Shown in pieces: positions 28,804 through 37,575 of a stretch of 64,000 nucleotides of DNA. The stretch covers positions 99,493 through 163,492 of the forward strand of contig CAZHUJ010000002.1 in NCBI GenBank assembly GCA_964535565.1, in the 5' to 3' direction. A model generated the notes under the pieces. That model did no database searches and was not told the origin of the DNA. It worked only from the letters and a program-made list of their open reading frames with translations. Position 1 is the first letter of the stretch, and every line of letters starts with the position of its first letter. Both the position numbers and the translations under genes were made by a program. The stretch comes from an uncultured Pseudohongiella sp. GTDB taxonomy: Bacteria; Pseudomonadota; Gammaproteobacteria; Pseudomonadales; Pseudohongiellaceae.

Positions 28804-29907
28804 ATGACCTGGATTCATTCCGCCACCAGCTTTCTGGCCATTTCGCAGCTGCTGTTTCTTGCAAGTCTTTACCTGGTCTATTTCCCCGGCCGCCGTCTGG
28901 CGCGGCTGATCACACTTTTTTGTTTATGTGTCACGGCCTATATTCTTTCACGCCAGCCTGCGCTGCGCGGTCTGCCGGTGGCTGAGTTGCTGGGTTTGAT
29001 GGCGATTGCTGCGCCCGCTGTATTGTGGGTGATTGGCCGTTATCTGTTTGAAGATGAGCGTCGGGTGCATCCGCTGGCCTGGATTCTGATCATTTCTTAT
29101 ATGAGCCTGCGTTTTGCCGGCCAGCTTTTGTATGACGTGGGACCTGCGCGTACATCGCTACCCTTTATCGTGCTGTTTTTTGTGCCTCAGCTGATCATGC
29201 TGGGGTTGGCCTGTCACGTGGTGTACATGGCCTGTCGTGGGCACGAATCCGATCTGGTCGAATTAAGACGTCAATTGCGGGTTCCGTTTGCGATTGGAAT
29301 GGGCAGCATTGTGGGTCTTATCATTGGCGCCGGGTTTTTCTGGGACGGCAGCTGGCAAACCGACAGCCTGTATTTTTCGCTGATATTTCTGCTGATCCTG
29401 TTTATTAATCTGGGCATGTTCCGGATTCATCAGCATGCTCCCGATTTGATCCACAGTGTCGGCGAGCAGCCCGGTCCGTTGCATATGGCAAATGTTCCCA
29501 TGGCCTCTGATACCGCGGGTGTCACTGATGCGGAAATGTCAACGGCGCAGGTGTCCCGTCATGACCAGATCATGATAGACCGGGTGCTCAAGGCGATGAA
29601 GCAGGGACGTCTGTATGCAGAGTCCGGTCTGACTATCGGAGATCTGGCGGCACGGGTCTCAGTGCAAGAGTACCGCCTGCGTAAACTGATCAACCAGTCC
29701 TTGCATTACCGCAACTTCAACCAGTTTTTAAACCGATACCGCATCGAGGAGGCCGCACGCCGCCTGCTGGATCCGGAAGAGCAGCATATTCCGATCTCCA
29801 GTATTGCGCTGGATGTGGGTTATGCATCGTTGTCTTCGTTTAATAAAGCGTTTAAGGAAATCCATGGTGTAACACCGTCGGTTTACCGTTCGGGACAGGC
29901 GGAGTAA
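28804..29907 (+). CDS. Membrane-anchored AraC/XylS family transcriptional regulator
   Basis: The N-terminal ~190 aa has about six hydrophobic helices. The C-terminal AraC HTH reads IALDVGYASLSSFNKAFKEIHGVTPSVYR. Confidence 0.8.
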   Translation: MTWIHSATSFLAISQLLFLASLYLVYFPGRRLARLITLFCLCVTAYILSRQPALRGLPVAELLGLMAIAAPAVLWVIGRYLFEDERRVHPLAWILIISYMSLRFAGQLLYDVGPARTSLPFIVLFFVPQLIMLGLACHVVYMACRGHESDLVELRRQLRVPFAIGMGSIVGLIIGAGFFWDGSWQTDSLYFSLIFLLILFINLGMFRIHQHAPDLIHSVGEQPGPLHMANVPMASDTAGVTDAEMSTAQVSRHDQIMIDRVLKAMKQGRLYAESGLTIGDLAARVSVQEYRLRKLINQSLHYRNFNQFLNRYRIEEAARRLLDPEEQHIPISSIALDVGYASLSSFNKAFKEIHGVTPSVYRSGQAE

Positions 29908-29974
29908 AATCCCGGGCCATAACAAGACTGTCACCCGGCAGCCCACGCGCCTGCTCCCTATCTCCCTTTGATTT

Positions 29975-31006
29975 GTGGACACCATGAACGACACTACTGT
30001 TAGCAGCAATGCCCTGTTGATGGACGATACCCCGGCCATCAAATCCTTTCGCCGCCTGGCCATTATTACTATCTGTGCGGTGTATTTCCTGATTCTGGTT
30101 GGTGCTACCGTACGTGCCTCAGGTGCAGGTATGGGTTGCCCGGACTGGCCAACCTGTTTTGGCAGTCTGATCCCACCCGTGAGCGAATCGCAGCTGCCGC
30201 CCAATTATCAGGAAATTTATGCAGATCGCGGCTACGCCGAAACCCGCTTTAATGTGGTAAAAACCTGGACCGAATATGTGAACCGTCTGGTGGGTGTCAC
30301 CATCGGTCTGTTGATTATGGCGACGGCCTGGCGCTCGTTGACGGTACGTCGCTACGACCGCCGCATCATGATTGCTTCACTGGCAGCGCTGGCGATGGTG
30401 ATTTATCAGGGTTGGCTCGGCTCGCAAGTGGTAGCATCCAACCTGCAGCCGGGCATGATTACGGTACATATGTTGATGGCGCTGGCCATTGTAGCCACGC
30501 TGTTGTATGCACTGGCACGCGCCCGTCGCCATGTGATGGCGCAGACCTCAGTGGCGGGCATAGATCCGCGCTTTCGCAAGTGGTTGTACATCGTAATGGC
30601 GCTGACGCTGGTGCAGATCACCATGGGTATACAGATCCGTGAGCTGATGGACTACCTGGCACACACAGTGGGTGCGGAGCGTGAAGTGTGGATTGAGGCA
30701 CAGAACTGGGTGTTCTACGTCCACCGTTCGTTCTCGTCGGTAGTGCTGTTTTCCAATGTCTGGCTGGTATGGATGCTGTGGCAGTCGCTGGGTATAAAAC
30801 ACAGCCTGACGCGGCTTGCAGCCGGGGTTCTGGCCGTGATCGCAGTTGCAATTTTGTCCGGTGCAACACTGGGACATCTGGGTATGCCGTGGTTTGTGCA
30901 GCCCACACACTTGCTGTGTGCCTCGCTGATATTCGGGCTGCAGTTCCTGCTGTGGATGGACTACCGGCATGCGACGGGTGGTTCTGCTGCGCCGGCCGCT
31001 GCCTAA
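29975..31006 (+). CDS. ctaA: Heme A synthase (COX15/CtaA family)
   Basis: GAGMGCPDWPTCFG motif, eight hydrophobic segments and conserved His-containing helices. The start may be the ATG at 29984. Confidence 0.85.
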   Translation: MDTMNDTTVSSNALLMDDTPAIKSFRRLAIITICAVYFLILVGATVRASGAGMGCPDWPTCFGSLIPPVSESQLPPNYQEIYADRGYAETRFNVVKTWTEYVNRLVGVTIGLLIMATAWRSLTVRRYDRRIMIASLAALAMVIYQGWLGSQVVASNLQPGMITVHMLMALAIVATLLYALARARRHVMAQTSVAGIDPRFRKWLYIVMALTLVQITMGIQIRELMDYLAHTVGAEREVWIEAQNWVFYVHRSFSSVVLFSNVWLVWMLWQSLGIKHSLTRLAAGVLAVIAVAILSGATLGHLGMPWFVQPTHLLCASLIFGLQFLLWMDYRHATGGSAAPAAA

Positions 31007-31080
31007 AAATTCCGCCGGATTGGCTCTGACAAAGGGCCGGGCATCGTGGCAGTGCGACTGGTAATTAGCGCCCGTGAGCC

Positions 31081-31186
31081 CGGCCAAGGCAGTTAATCTT
31101 CAGGACACGCCCGTAAATACGTCCCTGTAGGGCTCGTCGGCGGACTTCCTGTCCGCCGACGGTCCTTCAGATTTAACTCCCTTGGC
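31081..31186. repeat. Palindromic REP/MITE-like element, copy A (partial core)
   Basis: The outer imperfect inverted repeat GGCCAAGG...CCTTGGCC encloses GGACACGCCCGTAAATACGTCCCTGTAGGGCTCGTCGGCGGAC-ttcct-GTCCGCCGACGGTCC. The core is shared with the copies at 46348, 57232 and 57477. Confidence 0.6.
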
Positions 31187-31265
31187 CAGACTCACTCGAT
31201 TAACTGACATGGGCGGACTCACTCGATTTGGAGTCCGTGCCAGTTAGCTTTCGCAAGAGTCAGGC

Positions 31266-32081
31266 TCAGTCTTTGACGAATTTCAGGGTCATGCGGTCAC
31301 TCTCACCAATCTCCATCAGCCTTGGTCGGTCAGCATCACTGACGCCACGCAATGTCGGCGGCAGGTTCCATACACCACCTGGATGATTTTTGGGGTCGCG
31401 TGGATTGGCGTTAATCTCTGAACTGCCGGCAAAGCTGAAGCCGTTGGCGGTCATCAGGTCGATCAGCGTTTTTTCGTGGATATAACCATTGCCCGGAACC
31501 GCAGCCTGATCCGCGGGCCAGCGGTGATCAACAATGCCTACAACACCGCCCGATTTCAGCGCGGCGTGCCAGGCCTTGACGATGTTATCGGCACCCATAG
31601 CCAGCCAGTTGTGGGCATTACGGAAGTCCAGGATTACGTCAACGCTGCCGGGTTCGGCGATGCGGGATTGCGCTTGTGTCAGTTGTTCTGACAGAACAAT
31701 GTCGCCGTACAGGGATGGGTTGCTGTTGACCAGAGCCATGAAGCTGTCATTGGAACCTTTCATCCAGCCTTGCAGCGGCGTGTCACTGCGGTCATACAGC
31801 GCGGCGATCAGAGTGCCATTTTCCTTCAGGTAGGGAGCCAGGATTTCGGTGTACCAGCCACCACCGGGCCAGGTCTCCACAACTACATCGTCCGCTTCTA
31901 CCCCAAAAAAGCTCAGTGTTTCATAAGGGTGACGGTAAACATCCCGCGCTGAATTGGCTTCAGAACGATGAGGGCTGTTAATTGCCGTTCGCAGTGCCGC
32001 GTTCTCCTGCGCTGCCAGTGGGCTGGCCATCAGCAGGCCCGCGATCAGCGTCAGAACAGAGGTTTTCACAAAAGGTTTCAT
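31266..32081 (-). CDS. Exported class I SAM-dependent methyltransferase-like protein (COG4798 type)
   Basis: The internal start MKPFVKTSVLTLIAGLLMASPLAA at 32081 follows GGAG. A methyltransferase-fold region GGWYTEILAPYL is present. The upstream 38 codons of the ORF-track call look non-coding. Confidence 0.65.
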   Translation of the reverse strand: MKPFVKTSVLTLIAGLLMASPLAAQENAALRTAINSPHRSEANSARDVYRHPYETLSFFGVEADDVVVETWPGGGWYTEILAPYLKENGTLIAALYDRSDTPLQGWMKGSNDSFMALVNSNPSLYGDIVLSEQLTQAQSRIAEPGSVDVILDFRNAHNWLAMGADNIVKAWHAALKSGGVVGIVDHRWPADQAAVPGNGYIHEKTLIDLMTANGFSFAGSSEINANPRDPKNHPGGVWNLPPTLRGVSDADRPRLMEIGESDRMTLKFVKD

Positions 32082-32258
32082 AAAGGACTCCGCCTGTTTT
32101 TTGTTGTTGGTATCAGATATTTCACGCTGCAAACAACCTGCGTCTGCGGCCGAGAATACCGGTTTGTCGAACAACAGACCAGTGAGCTGCGGCATTTCTC
32201 ACAAGCGCCACTCACGGTATGATGCGGTGAAATTCATGCGCTTATACAGGGACCCATC

Positions 32259-33113
32259 ATGAGTGCTTCTGATGCAGCAAGTGTAAATCCGTTGATCTCG
32301 GTTGATGAGTTACAACAGCGACTGTATTCGCAGGATCTGTTGCTGATAGACACCCGCTTTAAACTGGAAGATCCGGGCTACGGCCGCAGCGTCTACACAC
32401 AGTCGCATTTGCCGCTGGCGGTTTATCTGGATCTGGATGACGATTTGTCATCGGCAGTCATCCCGGGCGAGACCGGACGCCATCCGTTGCCGGATCCGGA
32501 TGTGCTGGAGGCGCGGCTGCGCCGTTTGGGATTACATGCCAAAGACCATGTGGTGATTTATGACGATGGCCCCGGCTTTTTTGCAGCACGGCTGTGGTGG
32601 CTGTTGCACTGGCTGGGCCATAAAAAAGTATCGGTGCTTGATGGTGGTCTGGCCGCCTGGACCAAGGCGGGTTTGCCTATGTCAGACCAGGTCAATTTCC
32701 GCCTCTGGCCAGGTACCTTTGTAGCCCATTTACAACCGGGTATGTTGGCAACTGCTCCCGAGCTGCTGGCAGGCAAGGATCTGCAGTTGCTGGACGCGCG
32801 TGCTCCGGAACGTTTCCGTGGTGAAATGGAGCCAATTGATCCGGTCGCAGGGCATATCCCCGGTGCCATATGCCTGCCTTGTGCCGCCAATCTTGGAAGT
32901 GACGGTCTATGGTTGTCTGCGGCACAGCTACGCGAACGTTTCCCTGCTCTGGCGCCAGGACATATCCGTGTCTGCTACTGCGGCTCCGGTGTCACAGCTT
33001 GCCATAACATCCTGGCGGCCGTGGTCGCTGGTTTGCCTATGCCCAGACTTTATGCAGGATCCTGGAGCGAGTGGATCACGGACCCCATGCGCCCTGTGGC
33101 CACAGGTGCTTGA
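32259..33113 (+). CDS. sseA: 3-mercaptopyruvate/thiosulfate sulfurtransferase (tandem rhodanese)
   Basis: Active-site loop YCGSGVTACH and two rhodanese halves; 284 aa. Confidence 0.8.
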   Translation: MSASDAASVNPLISVDELQQRLYSQDLLLIDTRFKLEDPGYGRSVYTQSHLPLAVYLDLDDDLSSAVIPGETGRHPLPDPDVLEARLRRLGLHAKDHVVIYDDGPGFFAARLWWLLHWLGHKKVSVLDGGLAAWTKAGLPMSDQVNFRLWPGTFVAHLQPGMLATAPELLAGKDLQLLDARAPERFRGEMEPIDPVAGHIPGAICLPCAANLGSDGLWLSAAQLRERFPALAPGHIRVCYCGSGVTACHNILAAVVAGLPMPRLYAGSWSEWITDPMRPVATGA

Positions 33114-34054
33114 TCAAGACTATAGAGCTGCTGATGCAGAGCCTTCATGGAATCTTTGACGTAGTCCATGAAGGCGCGCATTACCGGTGTCGGGTGCTTG
33201 CCGTTGGGATACACGATGCACCATGAACGCCGTAGTGGAAATCCTTCCAGGGCTGGTGCCACCAACTGACCGAGCCTGAGTTCTGCGCTGATGCTGAGTC
33301 TGGGCAACACTGCTCGTCCAAGGCCTGCCACCACCGCGTGTTTGATTGCTGCGTTTGAACCCAGCTCCAGTCGGGCCTTGAGCGTCAGCTGATGACGTGT
33401 ACACCAGTTTTCCAGTGCCTGACGGGTGCCTGAGCCGCGCTCGCGCAGTAACAGTCCATCTTCCAGAAACCGGCGTGTATTGATGTCACCCTGCTGCAGC
33501 AGCGGGTCATTGGCATTAACCACCGGCACCAGCAGATTGTCCAGAAACGGCAGGATATTCAGTGAGCGCGATTCCGGCACCATGCCCATGATGATGAGGT
33601 CGTCATGGTTCTCGGTCAGCCGTTGCAGGGCCTGGGCACGGCTGAACACCTGCATTTGTACCTGCACCTGTGGGAACAGCTGCAAAAAACCGCTGAGCAT
33701 ATAAGGCACAATAGTTTGTGCAGTGCTGACGGCTGACAGGCGAAGTTCGCCGCGAATCTGACCCTGCAGCGTTGCCAGATCCATCTGGAAACGTTCCAGG
33801 TCTTCAAAGATAGAGGCCACGTGGCGAGCAAGCTGTTCACCTGCCGCCGTCACATACAGTTTTTTGCCTACATACTCAAACAGTGGCAGGCCAATGACTT
33901 GCTCCAACTGACGGATCTGGGCGCTGACAGCCGGTTGTGTCAGCGCAAGTTCTTCCGCTGCACGGCTGTAACCCTGGCGCTGATAGACCGCATAAAACAC
34001 CTGCAGCTGGCGAAAAGACAAGCGGCTAAGCAATTGGGCGAGAGTGTAGGACAT
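33050..34054 (-). CDS. LysR-family transcriptional regulator, divergent from pycAB (PycR-like)
   Basis: N-terminal wHTH FRQLQVFYAVYQRQGYSRAAEELALTQPAVSAQIRQLE. Its divergent position beside the two-subunit pyruvate carboxylase matches P. aeruginosa pycR. Confidence 0.8.
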   Translation of the reverse strand: MSYTLAQLLSRLSFRQLQVFYAVYQRQGYSRAAEELALTQPAVSAQIRQLEQVIGLPLFEYVGKKLYVTAAGEQLARHVASIFEDLERFQMDLATLQGQIRGELRLSAVSTAQTIVPYMLSGFLQLFPQVQVQMQVFSRAQALQRLTENHDDLIIMGMVPESRSLNILPFLDNLLVPVVNANDPLLQQGDINTRRFLEDGLLLRERGSGTRQALENWCTRHQLTLKARLELGSNAAIKHAVVAGLGRAVLPRLSISAELRLGQLVAPALEGFPLRRSWCIVYPNGKHPTPVMRAFMDYVKDSMKALHQQLYSLDQAPVATGRMGSVIHSLQDPA

Positions 34055-34102
34055 CGTGATGGCGCCAATAATATATTGAAAAATAAGAAATCGTGAATGC
34101 CT

Positions 34103-34146
34103 ATAAGATAAACCTTATGGTAAACACAAGTAAAATCAATTTTTAC
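34103..34146. promoter_or_regulatory. Candidate LysR operator dyads in the pycR-pycA intergenic region
   Basis: ATAAG-N6-CTTAT (34103-34118) and GTAAAA-N5-TTTTAC (about 34130-34146) lie in an AT-rich divergent promoter region. Confidence 0.3.
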
Positions 34147-34210
34147 TTTGGGTTGAGTTGTAATAGTTTATGCGCCCGTTACAAATGCTCTCTCCGACGG
34201 AGAACCTTTG

Positions 34211-35626
34211 ATGTTAAAAAAGATACTGATCGCCAATCGCGGTGAAATCGCCGTGCGTATTGTGCGTGCCTGTGCCGAGATGAATATTCGTTCGGTGGCT
34301 ATTTACACCGAGCCGGATCGTCACGCGCTGCACGTCAAACGTGCCGACGAAGCCTATTCGGTAGGTTCTGATCCGCTGGCGGGTTATCTGGATGCGCGCC
34401 GTCTGGTCAACCTGGCCGTACAAACAGGTTGTGACGCCATTCATCCTGGTTACGGTTTTCTGTCCGAAAATGCCGAGTTCGCGCGCATCTGTGCTGAGCG
34501 TGGTATTCGTTTTATTGGCCCGGAAGCAGATGTGATTGCGCGTATGGGTGACAAAACCGCTGCCCGTGCCAGCATGATTGCGGCCGGTGTGCCCGTCACC
34601 CCGGGTTCTGAAGGCAATCTGGCGAACCTGGACGAAGCGTTGGAAGTGGCGGCGCGTATTGGTTATCCCGTCATGTTAAAAGCGACTTCCGGTGGTGGTG
34701 GTCGCGGCATTCGCCGTTGTGATTCGGCGGAGGAGCTGCGCGCCCAGTATCCGCGTGTGATTTCCGAAGCCACCAAGGCCTTTGGTTCTGCGGAAGTGTT
34801 CCTGGAAAAATGCATCGTAGATCCCAAACACATCGAAGTGCAGATTCTGGCCGACAGTCAGGGCAATGTGATCCATCTGTATGAGCGTGACTGTTCTATT
34901 CAGCGTCGTAACCAAAAACTGATAGAGATTGCACCCAGCCCGCAGCTGACGCCGGAGCAGCGTCAATATGTGGGTGAGCTGGCAGTACGCGCTGCAAAAG
35001 CGGTGAACTACGAAAACGCAGGTACTGTTGAATTCCTGGTGACGGGCAACGAAATTTATTTTATGGAGATGAACACCCGTGTGCAGGTTGAGCACACCAT
35101 CTCCGAGCAGATTACCGGTGTGGATATTGTGCGTGAGCAGATCTGTGTGGCTTCCGGTTTGCCGCTGAGCTACCGCCAGGAAGATATCAGTTACCGTGGT
35201 TTTGCTCTGCAATTCCGTATCAATGCCGAAGATCCCAAAAACAATTTTCTGCCCAGTTTTGGCCGTATTACGCGTTATTACGCACCGGGTGGTCCCGGTG
35301 TGCGCACCGATACCGCAATTTACACCGGTTACACCATTCCGCCGTATTACGACTCCATGTGTCTGAAGCTGGTGGTGTGGGCACTGACCTGGGAAGAGGC
35401 TTTAAACCGTGGTGCACGTGCGCTGTCCGATATGCGTGTGCAGGGCGTTAAAACCACAGCGCGTTATTATCAGGAAATCCTGCAGGATCCGGATTTCCGC
35501 AGTGGTGAGTTCAACACCAGCTTTGTGCCGAATCATCCACAACTGCTGAATTATTCTGAAAAACGCAATCCCGCTGAACTGGCGCTGGCTATAGCAGCTG
35601 CTTTGGCAGCCCATGCCGGTGTATGA
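34211..35626 (+). CDS. pycA: Biotin carboxylase subunit (pyruvate carboxylase subunit A type)
   Basis: MLKKILIANRGEIAVRIVRA, ATP-grasp motifs (MLKATSGGGGRGI, EMNTRVQVEH), and a location next to a carboxyltransferase/BCCP subunit. Confidence 0.85.
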   Translation: MLKKILIANRGEIAVRIVRACAEMNIRSVAIYTEPDRHALHVKRADEAYSVGSDPLAGYLDARRLVNLAVQTGCDAIHPGYGFLSENAEFARICAERGIRFIGPEADVIARMGDKTAARASMIAAGVPVTPGSEGNLANLDEALEVAARIGYPVMLKATSGGGGRGIRRCDSAEELRAQYPRVISEATKAFGSAEVFLEKCIVDPKHIEVQILADSQGNVIHLYERDCSIQRRNQKLIEIAPSPQLTPEQRQYVGELAVRAAKAVNYENAGTVEFLVTGNEIYFMEMNTRVQVEHTISEQITGVDIVREQICVASGLPLSYRQEDISYRGFALQFRINAEDPKNNFLPSFGRITRYYAPGGPGVRTDTAIYTGYTIPPYYDSMCLKLVVWALTWEEALNRGARALSDMRVQGVKTTARYYQEILQDPDFRSGEFNTSFVPNHPQLLNYSEKRNPAELALAIAAALAAHAGV

Positions 35627-35653
35627 CCGGACGCGAATAGAGGACCCTATTAA

Positions 35654-37450
35654 ATGAGCAAAATTCTCGTTACCGATGTCATCCTGCGTGACGCCCACCA
35701 GTCGCTGATTGCTACGCGTATGCGCACCGAAGATATGCTGCCGATCTGTGACAAACTCGACAAAGTCGGGTACTGGTCACTGGAAGTGTGGGGCGGCGCA
35801 ACGTTTGATGCCTGTGTACGTTTCCTGAAAGAAGATCCGTGGGAACGTCTGCGCCAGTTGCGCAAGGCGCTGCCTAACACCCGTCTGCAGATGTTGCTGC
35901 GTGGTCAGAATCTGCTGGGTTACCGCCACTATGCGGATGATGTGGTTGAAGCCTTTGTTGCCAAAGCCGCTGAAAACGGCATTGATGTGTTCCGTGTATT
36001 TGATGCGCTGAACGATCTGCGCAACCTGGAAACTGCAATCCGTGCCGTCAAAAAAGCCGGCAAACATGCACAAGGCACTATTTGCTACACCACCAGCCCG
36101 GTACACACTTCCGAGCTGTTTGTTCAGCAGGCTCTGGCGCTGCGTGATATGGGCAGTGACTCCATTGCCATCAAAGACATGGCTGGTTTGCTGACACCTT
36201 ATGCTGCTTACGATCTGGTTAAAGCGATTAAAGAACACGTGGATCTGCCGCTGTTTATTCACAGCCACGCGACAGCAGGTATGGCAGATCAGTGCCAGCT
36301 CAAAGCCATTGAAGCCGGCGCTGAGCATATTGATACCGCGATTTCCTCATTTGCATGGGGCACCAGCCACCCGGCAACCGAGTCGATGGTTGCTGCGCTG
36401 CGCGGCACAAAATGGGACACCGGACTGGATCTGGAATTGCTGACGGAAATTGCGGATTACTTCCGTGATATCCGCAAAAAATATCATCAGTTTGAAAGTG
36501 AATTTGCACGCGAGGACATCTCCGTACAAATCAACCAGGTGCCGGGCGGCATGATGTCTAACCTGGCGAATCAGCTGAAAGAACAAAATGCACTGGGCCG
36601 TATCCGTGAAGTGTTTGCGGAGATCCCACGTGTTCGTAAAGATCTGGGTTACCCACCGCTGGTAACACCGACTTCACAAATTGTGGGCACACAAGCGGTG
36701 TTGAACGTATTGACTGGTGAGCGTTACAAGTCCATTACCAACGAAGTAAAACGTTATCTGCAAGGTGGTTATGGCCAGCCGCCAGCGCCGGTGGATGAAA
36801 CTGTACGCACCAAAGCGATTGGTCAGGAAGATGTGATCGAAGGTCGCCCGGCAGATCTGATCAGTGCAGAAATGCTCAAGCTGCGTAAAGACATTGGTGA
36901 GCTGGCGAAGAGCGAAGAAGATGTGCTGACGTTTGCGATGTTCCCGGACATTGGTCGTCAGTTCCTCGAACAGCGCGCAGCGGGCACGCTGGAGCCGGAA
37001 GCCCTGTTGCCGGTAGCTAAAACCGGGCGTGCAGTGGAGGAGGGTGTTGCCACCGAGTTTATTATCGATGTACACGGTGAAACCTATCAGGTTGCAATTA
37101 CCGGTGTGGGTTCTCACGAAGAAGGCAAACGTCGTATTTACCTGACACTGGACGGCATGCCGGAAGAAGTGCTGTTTGAGCCGAAAAACGCTTACGTTGG
37201 CGGCAACAGCAGCGCGGGTCGTCAACGTGCCAGCAAACCTGGTCATGTAACAACGGGGATGCCAGGCAATATTGTTGAAGTATTAGTCAGCGTTGGTGAT
37301 GCCGTCAGGGCCGGCCAGTCTGTGCTGATCACTGAAGCGATGAAAATGGAAACAGAAATCCATGCCGTCATCGCTGGCACTGTCAAAGGTGTACACGTTA
37401 GCAAAGGTGATCGTGTAACTCCGGGTGAAGTGCTGATCGAGATCGAGTGA
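35654..37450 (+). CDS. pycB: Pyruvate carboxylase subunit B / oxaloacetate decarboxylase alpha-type carboxyltransferase with a C-terminal biotinyl domain
   Basis: N-terminal TDVILRDAHQSL (HMGL-like carboxyltransferase) and the C-terminal biotin attachment motif EAMKMETE. Confidence 0.85.
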   Translation: MSKILVTDVILRDAHQSLIATRMRTEDMLPICDKLDKVGYWSLEVWGGATFDACVRFLKEDPWERLRQLRKALPNTRLQMLLRGQNLLGYRHYADDVVEAFVAKAAENGIDVFRVFDALNDLRNLETAIRAVKKAGKHAQGTICYTTSPVHTSELFVQQALALRDMGSDSIAIKDMAGLLTPYAAYDLVKAIKEHVDLPLFIHSHATAGMADQCQLKAIEAGAEHIDTAISSFAWGTSHPATESMVAALRGTKWDTGLDLELLTEIADYFRDIRKKYHQFESEFAREDISVQINQVPGGMMSNLANQLKEQNALGRIREVFAEIPRVRKDLGYPPLVTPTSQIVGTQAVLNVLTGERYKSITNEVKRYLQGGYGQPPAPVDETVRTKAIGQEDVIEGRPADLISAEMLKLRKDIGELAKSEEDVLTFAMFPDIGRQFLEQRAAGTLEPEALLPVAKTGRAVEEGVATEFIIDVHGETYQVAITGVGSHEEGKRRIYLTLDGMPEEVLFEPKNAYVGGNSSAGRQRASKPGHVTTGMPGNIVEVLVSVGDAVRAGQSVLITEAMKMETEIHAVIAGTVKGVHVSKGDRVTPGEVLIEIE

Positions 37451-37470
37451 CAAACCCGGCTCAGCCTGAA

Positions 37471-37497
37471 CTGTACGCATGACTTTCATGCGTACAG
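37471..37497. other. Perfect 12 bp palindrome between pycB and the malic enzyme gene (attenuator, terminator or operator)
   Basis: CTGTACGCATGA-ctt-TCATGCGTACAG, with no U-tract following. Confidence 0.4.
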
Positions 37498-37575
37498 AGC
37501 TGCCCCTCGTTGCTCACAACAGGTTCTGCCGCTACTCTGTGGCCATTGACTCCACCTGTTTTGCTCGAGAGCTCC

